Origin: Eledone cirrhosa | Lineage: Eukaryota | Direction: 5' to 3' | Assembly (NCBI GenBank): GCA_964016885.1 | Contig: OZ024742.1 | Span: 91,016,001-91,080,000, forward strand | DNA length: 64,000 bases | Shown here: positions 25,701-41,400 of the stretch, one piece after another | How the letters are laid out: each line of letters opens with the position of its first letter | Position numbering within the stretch: the stretch's first letter is position 1 | Made by a program: the position numbers and the translations under genes | The notes under the pieces: model-generated | The model's database searches: none | The model's input: only the letters and a program-made list of their open reading frames with translations | Told to the model about the DNA's origin: nothing

Positions 25701-26507
25701 ATATATATATATACGCTGCCTCAATAAATGTACCGTACAATAACCGGAACGATTTTTTAAAAAAAACATTTCGACCAACACTCCAAAACGCGCGCTTGCT
25801 TGTCCACTTTTCTTCGACGAGATTGTAGGGGATAACAGTTTCGTTGGCATATCCGTTTTCAATTTTGCGTTTCATATTTTCTGAGTGCATACAAAGCAAT
25901 ATATTTAATTACCTTCACGTATCATTTCATTGCTGTGTTTATGTAGTTAGCTACTTTGTATATTTCTTCTTCTTCTTCTTCTTCTTCTTCTTCTTCTTCT
26001 TCTTCTTCTTCTTCTCCTCCTCCTCCTCCTCCTCCTCATATTCCTCCTACCCTCCCCTCCTCCTCCTCCGCCTCCTTTTTCTTTTTCTTCTTCTTCTTCT
26101 TCTTCTTCTTCTTCTTCTTCTTCTTCTTCAACTTTTAATTTTCTTTTGCTAAATTTCTTTATCCTCCTTTTCTTTTTATTGGCTATGACGTTGCCTCTGT
26201 TACTATACCGTTGTTAATATTGCTATCGTTCTTATAATAACCTTTAAAAAAGAGGAATTTCTTTTTGTTATGGTTTGTTTCGCTGAGGTTCGCTTCGTTT
26301 TTTTTTTCATTTCAGCCTCGTTTTCATTGTCTTCAACACACGGACTTTATCGTAATATTTATCTCTTACAATTACAACAAATAAAAGATGTTTTGAAAAA
26401 ACAATCTTTTCTTATTCTTTACTTATTGTGATAGAAATTTATAAGATATTCATGACTGAACTTGTATAGACTATTCTGAACTTTGACGAAACAAAATATA
26501 ACCAAAT

Positions 26508-26587
<80 letters not shown>

Positions 26588-26645
26588 TATATATATATAT
26601 ATTTATATATATATATATATATATGTATGTATATATGTTTATATA

Positions 26646-26692
<47 letters not shown>

Positions 26693-26726
26693 GTGTGTGT
26701 GTGTTGTGTGTGTGTCTGCGTATATG

Positions 26727-26760
<34 letters not shown>

Positions 26761-26763
26761 CAC

Positions 26764-26815
<52 letters not shown>

Positions 26816-26878
26816 GAATATATAAATATATATATATATGTCTGTGTATGCATGGATATATGTATATATATATATATG

Positions 26879-26940
<62 letters not shown>

Positions 26941-27122
26941 CATACATACATATATGTATATGTATATATATATTTATATATATATATGTATGTATGTATG
27001 TATGTATATATGTATATATATATACATACATACATTCATACATACATACATATATATGTGTGTATATATATATATATATAAATATATATATATATTAATA
27101 TACATATATATTTATGTATGTA
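26508..27122. repeat. Long compound TA/GA/TG/TACA microsatellite field
   Basis: Directly visible; a similar field lies at 51705-53000. Confidence 0.95.
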
Positions 27123-27643
27123 TTATGAAAGAAAAAAATGAATGAAGAAACATAGTTAAATATGAGAGGAAAAAAGATGTCCGAAGCTTTTTATTCTTCG
27201 ACTCATTTATGCTAAAAGCTGTTATCCTATAACTTTTACAAATAAATCCAATAATACTTATGTACAAACAATTTTGAGAGGTGCGCACTAGCAAATAAAT
27301 AGATATATACAAACTTACATATATGTACATATATATACGTGTTTGTGGTTGTGCGCATGTAATGGTTATTTCGGTTACATTGAAATTATCATTTTTTCCC
27401 TATCTTCTTTTGAACTGTTAGATATTGTTATCTCTAACATAAACGATTCTGTAGGACAAAATTATGAAAAATTAGAAATACCAAAAAAATACGAAGTTTA
27501 ACTGGAGGAAGATTCCACGTATTCATATTTGCTGAATATGTAATTCTATGTATAAGAATGCAAGTGTGCATATGTATATGTGTATATGTATTGATGAATG
27601 TTTATGCGTGTGTGAGAGTTTGTCATATGTATGTATGTGTGTG

Positions 27644-27686
<43 letters not shown>

Positions 27687-28029
27687 GTTCATGTATATAT
27701 ATATTCATGTATATAAATATATATGCACGCACTCACGCATATATATATATATATACATATATATATGTATATATATATATGTAAGTATGCATGTATACGT
27801 ACATACATATATGTATACAGACGTACAGTAGCATGCACATATATATATATATATATATACATATATACATACATATGCATACAGGTACACATACATATAT
27901 GCACGTATCAGTTTAGCGGCGCATATTATAACGTCGCTTTGTTCGTTTGTAAACAAACTGAACAGCCTGAATTTATGCCATACGGTGTTAAGGCAACCAC
28001 GTCACCTTTTTGTTCAACACTGACACAGG

Positions 28030-28074
28030 AACGATGTACTAGTTTCAAGCTTGTTAGCTATCATCAGCACCGTT
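28030..28074 (-). ncRNA. Minimal hammerhead ribozyme, unit 1
   Basis: Minus strand: AACGGTG-CTGATGA-t AGCT aaca AGCT t-GAAAC ta GTA-CATCGTT. Confidence 0.85.
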
Positions 28075-28507
28075 TACCCATCTGCCAGATAGTTGAACGT
28101 TCGAAAGTATATACTTTCCTTATGAAAATTAACGGCTGAGCAGCCTAATTTGCATATTGAGTGAGTTAAATAGGTCAGGCATACCGAAAACGATAAATTG
28201 AAACAAAATGAAAACGAAATTTCATTTCTCACTCTTAGTATGGCACTTACTTAAATGTAAGTATGCATGTATACGTACATACATATATGTATACAGACGT
28301 ACAGTAGCATGCACATATATATATATATATATATATACATATATACATACATATGCATACAGGTACACATACATATATGCACGTATCAGTTTAGCGGCGC
28401 TTATTATAACGTCGCTTTGTTCGTTTGTAAACAAACTGAACAGCCTGAATTTATGCCATACGGTGTTAAGGCAACCACGTCACCTTTTTGTTCAACACTG
28501 ACACAGG

Positions 28508-28552
28508 AACGATGTACTAGTTTCAAGCTTGTTAGCTATCATCAGCACCGTT
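28508..28552 (-). ncRNA. Minimal hammerhead ribozyme, unit 2
   Basis: Identical to unit 1. Confidence 0.85.
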
Positions 28553-28979
28553 TACCCATCTGCCAGATAGTTGAACGTTCGAAAGTATATACTTTCCTTA
28601 TGAAAATTAACGGCTGAGCAGCCTAATTTGCATATTGAGTGAGTTAAATCGGTCAGGCATACCGAAAACGATAAATTGAAACAAAATGAAAACGAAATTT
28701 CATTTCTCACTCTTAGTATGGCACTTAAATGTAAGTATGCATGTATACGTACATACATATATGTATACAGACGTACAGTAGCATGCACATATATATATAT
28801 ATATATATACATATATACATACATATGCATACAGGTACACATACATATATGCACGTATCAGTTTAGCGGCGCTTATTATAACGTCGCTTTGTTCGTTTGT
28901 AAACTAACTGAACAGCCTGAATTTATGCCATACGGTGTTAAGGCAACCACGTCACCTTTTTGTTCAACACTGACACAGG

Positions 28980-29024
28980 AACGATGTACTAGTTTCAAGC
29001 TTGTTAGCTATCATCAGCACCGTT
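28980..29024 (-). ncRNA. Minimal hammerhead ribozyme, unit 3
   Basis: Identical to unit 1. Confidence 0.85.
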
Positions 29025-29245
29025 TACCCATCTGCCAGATAGTTGAACGTTCGAAAGTATATACTTTCCTTATGAAAATTAACGGCTGAGCAGCCTAATT
29101 TGCATATTGAGTGAGTTAAATCGGTCAGGCATACCGAAAACGATAAATTGAAACAAAATGAAAACGAAATTTCATTTCTCACTCTTAGTATGGCACTTAC
29201 TTAAATGTAAGTATGCATGTATACGTCCATACATATATGTATACA

Positions 29246-29331
<86 letters not shown>

Positions 29332-29356
29332 TTATTCCGGGTTCAATCGGGGTTAA

Positions 29357-29406
<50 letters not shown>

Positions 29407-29419
29407 TTATTTATTATGA

Positions 29420-29503
29420 CATTAAACAGATTAAAGTTTAAGTAAAGAACCTTTGCTCTCACCCTAAACAGGATCTTCGGATTTTAGTCTTCACATTTAT
29501 TAT

Positions 29504-29508
<5 letters not shown>
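29420..29508. mobile_element. Short TA-associated repeat family
   Basis: ACAGATTAAAGTTTAAG.AAAGAA and GTAATAATAAATGTGAAGA.TAAAATCC blocks recur in both orientations at 32146-32495, 34432-34555 and 49842-49875. Confidence 0.7.
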
Positions 29509-29577
<69 letters not shown>

Positions 29578-29589
29578 GGAGAAAATGAT

Positions 29590-30098
29590 ACATGCACACA
29601 TATATATATGTACGTATGGATTCACCGAACATTTATCATAATGCTCGGTGTGATTGTAAACAAACATCCCGTATTAAGCCGTAGTGTCCAGCAACCATCG
29701 TTGCTCGTTTGTTCAACACTGACAAAGGAACGCTGTACTAGTTTCAAGCTTATTAGCTATCGTCAGCAACGTATACCTTCTTGCCAGATTGTTGAACATA
29801 TATACTTACCTTATGCATATTAACGGGGCTGAGTAGCCCAATTTGCATATCAAGTGGGTTAATCGGCCGGGTGCACCGAAAACGATAAACGGTAAAAAAT
29901 GAAACGAAATTTCATTTCCCACTCTTAGTACGGCTGTTACTTAAATATAAGTATGTACACGTACATACATATATGTATACAGACGTACAGTAGTATGTAT
30001 ATATATATACATACATGCACACATATATATATGTACGTATGGATTCACCGAACATTTATTATAATGCTCGGTGTGTTTGTAAACAAACATCCCGTATT
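29590..30098 (-). mobile_element. Diverged relative of the 475-bp unit (about 1.2 units)
   Basis: Shares GTTCAACACTGACA.AGGAACG, ATTTGCATAT and CGAAATTTCATTTC..ACTCTTAGTA; 29590-29677 repeats at 30013-30098. Confidence 0.8.
29730..29772 (-). ncRNA. Minimal hammerhead ribozyme, diverged copy
   Basis: Minus strand: ACGTTG-CTGACGA-t AGCT aata AGCT t-GAAAC ta GTA-CAGCGT. Confidence 0.82.
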
Positions 30099-30352
30099 AT
30101 TTAGAGACAAGTATTTCATATACATATTACAAGATTCATATTGATACACTAAAATTGTTATACTTGTTTTAAGAGTTGTTTATCTCCCAGCAATTCTTGA
30201 CGCTCAGTAGCTAACTGTTATTCTATTTCATTGGTATTGCCATTGTTACTATTCGTGTACCCTTATTAAATGTTCTTAAGACTATGAATGGTCTCTTCTA
30301 TATCATTTATCACTTGCCTATCTCTATCTTCGGAGTAATATTCATCTATATA

Positions 30353-30533
30353 TGGCGGATTAGCAGTATCTGTAGAGGGTCGGACGCCATGCTTTGCAGC
30401 AAATAGTTACGGCCCTAGCCATTCTGAGTTCAAATCCCGCCGAGGTTAACTTTGCCTTACGGGGTTTATAAAATAAAGTACCAGTAATATACTAGGATAA
30501 TTGCTGGCCTTGTGCCATAAGTAGAAACAAATA
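30353..30533 (+). mobile_element. Dominant SINE copy
   Basis: GAGTTCAAATCCCGCCGAGG...GGCCTTGTGCC. Confidence 0.8.
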
Positions 30534-30969
30534 TTCATCTATATATATATCTGTCTGAGGAGTGAGCCCCGCGAGGTTGGTTGACTTTTGCTGCGGGTGT
30601 AGCTGGCCATTGTCCAGCGTAATGCTTTTGCGGTCTTGTCCGTGGGGTACATCCTCTCTACCGTCGCGCCCTAGGCCCAGATCCCAATAACCCACCCCTT
30701 CCCCTCCCCCTTCTCCTGTAATACTAGAGTTCTTGTGCCCCCCCCCCTCTTCTGGATTTTTTCTTTCTTTTTCTCTTTTTCTCTTTTTCTCTTTTTCTCT
30801 TTTTCTCTTTTTCTCTTTTTCTCTTTTTCTCTTTTTCTCTTTTTTTCTTTTTTCTCTATATTTTCTTATTTTACATTCCATTCATTTCAATCTAAATTTT
30901 CTTTTCTTTTTCTAATAAACTGCATTTACATGATATATTCCATAAGTAAAATAAAATTATCCTTATCAG

Positions 30970-31152
30970 GGAGGTGGATTGGCAGTATCGGTTGAGGGTA
31001 GAGGGTCGAACGTTATACTTTGCAGCATAGAGTTACGGCCCTTTCCAGTCTGAGCTCAAATCCCGCCGAAGTTAACTTACGGGGTCGATAGAATAAAGCG
31101 CCAGTAATGCACTGGGATAATTGCTGGCCTTGGGCCAAAAGTAGAAACAATT
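30970..31152 (+). mobile_element. Dominant SINE copy
   Basis: GTGGATTGGCAGTATCGG head, CGGGGTCGATA core and tail. Confidence 0.8.
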
Positions 31153-31169
31153 ATATATATATATATATA

Positions 31170-31200
<31 letters not shown>

Positions 31201-31221
31201 TTGTGTGTACGTGTGTGTTTG

Positions 31222-31285
<64 letters not shown>

Positions 31286-31290
<5 letters not shown>

Positions 31291-31527
31291 GCGGACTGGG
31301 TCTAAAAATATTGGTTGCCAGGAGATGAAGGGGGCCTGCTTACATATAGAATGATATCATTTAATTTTTATAATGAATAAATAATATTTTTTTAAAAATA
31401 CATAAGTGGAAACAAAACAGTGCAATCAAATTTTTGTGGGAAAATACCTTACTTTCTCCTATAAAAATATTATGTATTTTGCGAAATCCAGAGACTTTCA
31501 ACAATGACCTTTGGTCTTTCACAAACA

Positions 31528-31612
<85 letters not shown>

Positions 31613-31952
31613 ATACCCAAACACGCGGTTAAACCACTGAGAGTGAAGGAGCTCTATCCTTTGTGAGGACATTCTTCTAGGAAAAGGCAACTCAGGAAAC
31701 TGGGATAACTTCGATATAACACATGCGGTTCAGTAGGTACCGATGATGTTGATCTTTTCTTATTTTCGGGTTATAGCTACTGTCGCTCAGAGAGCGTGAT
31801 TGGCTCAGTGCAGAGTCTTTCCTCAATTTAAAAATAATCTCCGCGCACAGGCATTGCACGATGGCATTAGTTAATAATTAATAATAATGCTCTATCGTGC
31901 AATGACCATACTCGATAACGAGGGTCAGCCATCATATGTATATGTATGCGTG

Positions 31953-31997
<45 letters not shown>

Positions 31998-32045
31998 AAG
32001 TTGCGTTTCGCTAATTTCTACCCGCCGAAATGCGATTCTCGCTAA

Positions 32046-32087
<42 letters not shown>

Positions 32088-32101
32088 TTAGCGAGAATCG
32101 C

Positions 32102-32149
<48 letters not shown>

Positions 32150-32843
32150 ATAATAATAATAAATGTGTACACTATAAAAGGATAATATATATATAAAATA
32201 TATAAAAAGTCGAGCAACAATTTATTAAAGTAACAGATTAAAGTTTAAGCAAAGAATCGCTGCATTCACGTTATCACGGGATCTTCTGAAACTTTCAGAA
32301 GATTCTTTGCTTAAACTTTAATCTATTATTTCAATATTATTTTAATATTATTTTAATATTATATAGTAATAATAATAAATGTGAAGAATAAAATCCAAAG
32401 AGGGCTCGATAAGGATAAATATATAAGAACACTTTAAGGGTGAAAGCAGCGATTATTCTTTGCTTAAACTTTAATCTGTTATTTTAATAAATTTATATAT
32501 ATATTTATATATGCTTGTGTGTTTATATAATATATATATTTGCATGCACTAAGCTTTAGATTTAGTAGAACGTAAAACCACTGATTCCAGCTATTTGCAC
32601 TATCATATATTTTGGTTTCTATTAATTCCCTGGGGAATTGGTTGACCATATACTTCGCTTAATTGTTTTGTTTATTTTTTAAAAATTATTCTTTCTCTTA
32701 GACTTCAGGTATATTTTTGGAAGCTAAGAATTGGCCACTAAAATACTACAGTGGACCCTGCATGCTATTGCAGGCCGCTGCAATGCTGCCGTGGATCCAC
32801 TGGGGCCCACTTGTCATTTGGGAACCAAGCCAGTCCGCCACCG
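31286..32843. mobile_element. Non-autonomous TIR element (hAT-like ends) with nested inserts
   Basis: Ends TAGTGGCGGACTGG / CCAGTCCGCCACCG; second copy at 33508-34855; left end again at 42484-42710. Confidence 0.7.
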
Positions 32844-32846
32844 TAT

Positions 32847-32911
<65 letters not shown>

Positions 32912-33039
32912 AATGTAAGTTCAGCATAATCGAAGCTCTGGCTGCAGCTAAGCTAACGAATGCAATCGGAATGTGCAGCTATGCACTCAATAATGTATTT
33001 TACCTCAGAAAGCTGACTCAGGATAATTTGATATATTAT

Positions 33040-36717
<3,678 letters not shown>

Positions 36718-36718
36718 A

Positions 36719-36750
<32 letters not shown>

Positions 36751-36761
36751 GTGTGTGTGTA

Positions 36762-37045
36762 TATTCCAATTTCTAATTTCTGCCGGACCGGCAACCGCTC
36801 TTTCAAGCCAGTTCCTGTACACAGCTAAGTATTCTATAAGTCTCTAGCTGTGTCATTCTCGATAAAAGCACTGGATATGTAGTCCTGATGATTTCTAACA
36901 AGAATGAAACGCGTAGATTACTTCCCTTGCTTTTATCGAGAATCTAATTGTAATACGTGACGTATTCTATTCTATAGCGATTAGGTCTTCAAAATGTTTA
37001 TTATAAACATACAGAATATTTTCGAATATTCTATGTCTATATTCA
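36762..37045 (+). mobile_element. Short non-coding HHR element between microsatellites
   Basis: 5' module TGCCGGACCGGCAACCGCTCT is shared with the 42843-43362 / 49284-49830 family, followed by a different HHR. Confidence 0.75.
36879..36921 (+). ncRNA. Minimal hammerhead ribozyme
   Basis: GTAGTC-CTGATGA-t TTCT aaca AGAA t-GAAAC gc GTA-GATTAC, clamped by a perfect 16-bp stem 36855-36870 / 36928-36943. Confidence 0.85.
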
Positions 37046-37249
37046 TATATGTATATATATATATATGTATCCAGGAGACTCCAACCGTGAAGGTTGCATT
37101 TTTTCAGGGTATGTCAATATTCATTTATAAAACTAATCTATATTATATTTTATCTGATCTAAGCGCACCATAATCTGCCTTGGTGGCCCTTGAAATATGT
37201 ATAATGAAATAAATATGGTTTTATAAATATAGTTTCCATTTGTTAATAT

Positions 37250-37342
<93 letters not shown>

Positions 37343-38070
37343 GTGAGGTTTCTTTTACAAAATGAAAAATAACCGAGGTGTCCTACACGAGTGAAAGTAT
37401 AAGGAAAAAAGATGAAATCGAAAATGCAACTAGAGTCTTTTTTTTTTAAATATATATTTATTTGGTTCCTTTACCGGTTTCGCAGTTCTTCTCTTTTTCA
37501 AAAGTAGAATTGGGATGGAGGGTCTGTGGTTTTTCTCACATCTGGTTGGTCTTTGAATGTTACTTCTGTTTTATATGGAAAAAAGTGGCTCGAAATGCCA
37601 GGTTTTTAGAGAAGTAATTTGGTTGGTAGGTGAATAAGTATAATAAATTTCGCGCCAGTTCGTGTTACAAAGTTCTTCAAACAAAGGGGCGTTGTTTTTT
37701 CATATATGAGTGAAGTTTGGTTGGTTGATGCAGTCACGTGAATAAGCACAGCTGCTTTCGCGCCAGTTTGTATTTGAATTTCTTTTTACTTAAAAAAAGG
37801 TGGCTCACGAAGGTTTTTTTTTATAAATGTAATTTGATTGGTTATAAATGAAATTATGACTGTCACGTGAACAAGTACATTAAATTTCGCGCCCGTATTT
37901 GGGAATTTATTTTGTAGCCTTTTATAGAATTTTGGGCCAAACAAAAATAATGGTCAAGAAAGATGGGATGGGGAGAATTGTTCTGGTTCAGTGAGAATTC
38001 AGACTTTCTATTGAAATAAAGAAAGTAGAGATATGTATGTTTATTTGTGTGCTTGTGTGTGGGGGGGGGG

Positions 38071-38400
38071 TGATTCTATTAGTAGAAATGGGGAGGGAGT
38101 TGTGTGTGTATGGGTGTTATGTGTGTGTGTGGGGGAGTATGGTTAGCACGTTAAGATGGAGAGAATATATATATTTTGTGTGTGTGTGTATGTAGGAAAA
38201 TGATTCTATTAGTAGAAATGGGGGAGGGAGTTGTGTGTATGGGTGTTATGTGTGTGTGTGTGTGTGTGAGTATGGTTAGCATGTTAAGATAGAAAGAATA
38301 TATATATTTTTGTGTGTGTGTGTGTAGGAAAATGATTCCGTTAGTAGAAATGGGGGTGAGTTATGTGTGTGTGTGGAGGGGGGTTAGCGTGTTAAGGTGT
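38071..38400. repeat. ~130-bp tandem repeat (about 2.5 copies) in the PLE 3' region
   Basis: TGATTCTATTAGTAGAAATGGGG at 38071, 38201 and a variant at ~38333. Confidence 0.85.
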
Positions 38401-38486
38401 TAGAGTATTAACGTATGTTAAGGTTTATTTAGTTCTGGTTTTTAAGTAGGCGTTGTGTGTGTGTGTGTGTCTGTCTGTTTGGATGG

Positions 38487-41400
38487 TTAGCATGTTATGG
38501 TGTTGACATAATGTATATATGAAACTATATTTAATGCTGGTCTATATTTTTGAATAAACATATTTTCCTTATTTATTCGTATTTGTTCTGTTGTATTGTG
38601 AGCGCAAAGATAAAATGGGAAGACTTGGAATTTGGGTGTCTTATTACTTCCACATATGCCTAGATGTGCACTTAGTGGTATCTGTCTCGTGGTTGGATCT
38701 CGTAATTGTTGGCGATGAACTGTCATTCTGTTTCTGAGTGTGAGTTTAGTTTGTCCTATATAATCTTCATTGCATCCTTTACATTTAATGGCATAAAGTA
38801 GATTTTTTGATGAGCATGTGAAGTGATTTTTTTACAGCAAAATGTTGTCCTGATTGAAATGTATAAGTGTTGCCTTCAATGAGGTGAGTGCAGGTTCCAC
38901 AATTAGAGCGACCACATTTTTGACAGTTGGTTGTGGGTTTGGGTAAGTAATTTGGCATTGGTGAGTAATGTTTTTAATGTTGTCTTTTGCTTTTGATTAT
39001 GTTGTGTGTCTCAAGAGCTTTTTTCATTCTTGGGTCTTGTTTCATTCTTGGAATCTTGTGAATAGTGTTGTAAGCTTCCGCATTTCTTGGGTTGTGTGTT
39101 GAGATATATGATAGAATATTGGACGTACCTTGAATTTGTTTCTGTTTTCGTAATTCATCAATGCCTATTGCTTTAGCCCTTTCTATTCCATTATTTATTA
39201 GTAATGGAGTGTACTGTCTTTCGAGTAGATTTTCCTTTAATTCTTGAAGTCTTTTATTTCGTGTTTCATAATTGGAGACAATTGTGCAAATTCTTCTTGC
39301 TAGCAAATTCTTCTTTTAACCTAGCAAGAAGAATTTGCACAATTGTCTCCAATTAGGAAATAATTGTCTCCAATTATGAAACGCGACCCCGGTTGATAAA
39401 TAATGTGTGATATATAGCAGAAAAGTATATAATTGGAGACAATTGTGCAAATTCTTCTTGCTAGGTTAAAAGGGATGTTCGTCTTCGTGTGCTTTGGATG
39501 GTTGGAGATGAATAGCAGGTATTGTTTGGAATCTGTTGGTATGTAGTGCATGTCAGTTTCAATATTTGTTCCTTGTTTTAAAGATTAAGATGTCCAGAAA
39601 TGGGAGTTGATATTGGCTGTATTCCATTGTGAATTGAATGTGGTTATTAATGCCATTAATTAAATTTTTGAAATCATTTAGTTGGTCGAGTGTGTGAAAC
39701 CAAAGAATGAGACAATCATCCAAGTAGCGTTTCCAATTCTCTGATAAATATTTGTGGAAGTTCAATCCGTATTTTGATTTGGGCTGTTCATGTATCTGGA
39801 CTTCCAAGTATGCCATGACTAAGCTGGCATAAGTTGGAGCGGCTTTTGTAACCATCGCAGTCCCCGATATTTGCTTGTAAGTACTGCCATCGAAATAAAA
39901 AAGTTGTTCTGTAAAATAAATTTTAATCCCTCGGTGATGAAGCTTTTTTCTATTCTGTCAGGTATCTCATTGGGATATTTCTCTAGCCAGAATCCTATTG
40001 CTTCTAGTCCGTATTGGTGTGGGATCGTTGCGTAGAGATTCACTACATCGAAAGACACAATAATAGTGTCGTTGTTGACATGTTTGGGGAGGTGATTTAA
40101 GAGGTCCAGATCGTCTCTTACAATGTGTTTGAGAATTGGTTTTAATAGTATGTCTATAAAGTTGCTTAGTCTGTGTGTTTTACATTGTGGGCCCGCTACA
40201 ATTGGTCTTAATTTAAGGTCTGTGGGGTATTGTGTGTTAACGCAGGTTGAGGTGGATTGTTTACAGGCATCGTTAATTATTTTACACTTGTGGATCTTCG
40301 GAAGTCCGTAAAGGTTGCTGGTTTTATATTCAAAATGTGTTAGATAATCGCGTTCCTTTTTAGTTAAGTCTTCCTGGTATCGACAAATGAATGTGTTTAA
40401 TCTGGTCATCGAGAACATAGAATTTTTATATTGTTCAGCATCCATAATGACCACAGTACTTCCCTTGTCCGCTTCCTTAATTATAATGTCCATATTGTTT
40501 TTTAGTTCATGGATAATCTCCCATTCCCTTCGACCCGTGTTAGGTTTGGGTTTAGGTTGTAGTAGTTCATGGTATGGGAAAGTTGCTATGTGGTCACAAA
40601 ATCTGTCCAGAACTCTGTTTCTACCTTTTGTTGGCTTGTAGCTGCTATTATTCCGTACAATTGATTGGTCGTTATTCTCCTTGTCAAAAGATTCCTCTGT
40701 GAGACGTAATTTTCTACAGAAGTGTAAGATATCGTCATTTATCTCATTGGGGTTAGAGTATTGTGGTGTTGGTGTGAATTTAAGTCCTTTGGAGAGAATT
40801 TTAATTTGTTAGGCCGAGAAGTTTGTATTTGAAAGGTTGATTATTTTCGGTTTTTAAAATCGGTTTGTGCCACCGGGTCCCGTGGGTCCTGTGCCTTGGT
40901 CTAAAAAATGATTTTGCTGAATTGTTTTTTCATGGGTATTATTACATCTAATGCCATTTCCCCCTGTTATTGTGTTGTCTTGGATAGAAGTTTCGGACTT
41001 ATTGAGGTTCGGGTTGTTGATGGTCCGGGTTGTAGATTGTGTTCCTTTGCGTGGGTTGTGATCTACGATTTTGGAACAGGTTCTGTGTGTGTTGGGGTCT
41101 ACGGTTTTTGAATAGGTTTTGTGTGGGTTTTGATCTGCGGATCGGGTCCTGTCTTGTGTTGGGGGACATTCGGTTTTTGTTAGTAGGGTTATAGTTTTGT
41201 CTATGGGTTCTGGGATTATCGTCATAATTTTTCTGGGGGTATGTTGGACGTTTTGTTACTGTTTTTGTTATTTGTTGTGCGTGTGGTGTGTGAGTTTCAG
41301 TTTGTTTAAAAAATGGGTTACCTGCATGTTGTTCATTTTTGAAATCCATTTCATAGTTGTTGAACGAGGTGGCGTTTTTTCCCATCGCTGGAGGGATGTT

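Larger units (their letters stand above)
27781..29250 (-). mobile_element. Tandem array, 3 x ~475 bp plus a partial unit, one HHR per unit (retrozyme-like)
   Basis: Units start at 27781, 28257, 28731 and 29207 (GTAAGTATGCATGTATACG); near-identical; no credible ORF. Confidence 0.85.

Noticed and set aside
27723-29089. Three repeated 116-138 aa ORFs (…QFSGAYYNVALFVCK…)
   Set aside because: They start inside microsatellite, have no domain, and the frame is not kept in the diverged copy; the conserved element is the antisense ribozyme.
27781-29250. CRISPR or snRNA gene array interpretation
   Set aside because: Units are wholly repeated with no unique spacers, the context is eukaryotic, and no recognisable snRNA sequence accompanies the octamer.
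30552-30960. GC-rich segment plus (TTTTTCTC)n giving a Lys/Arg-rich ORF
   Set aside because: The ORF comes from the simple repeat; it may be a LINE 3'UTR (like 56270-56545) but this cannot be supported.
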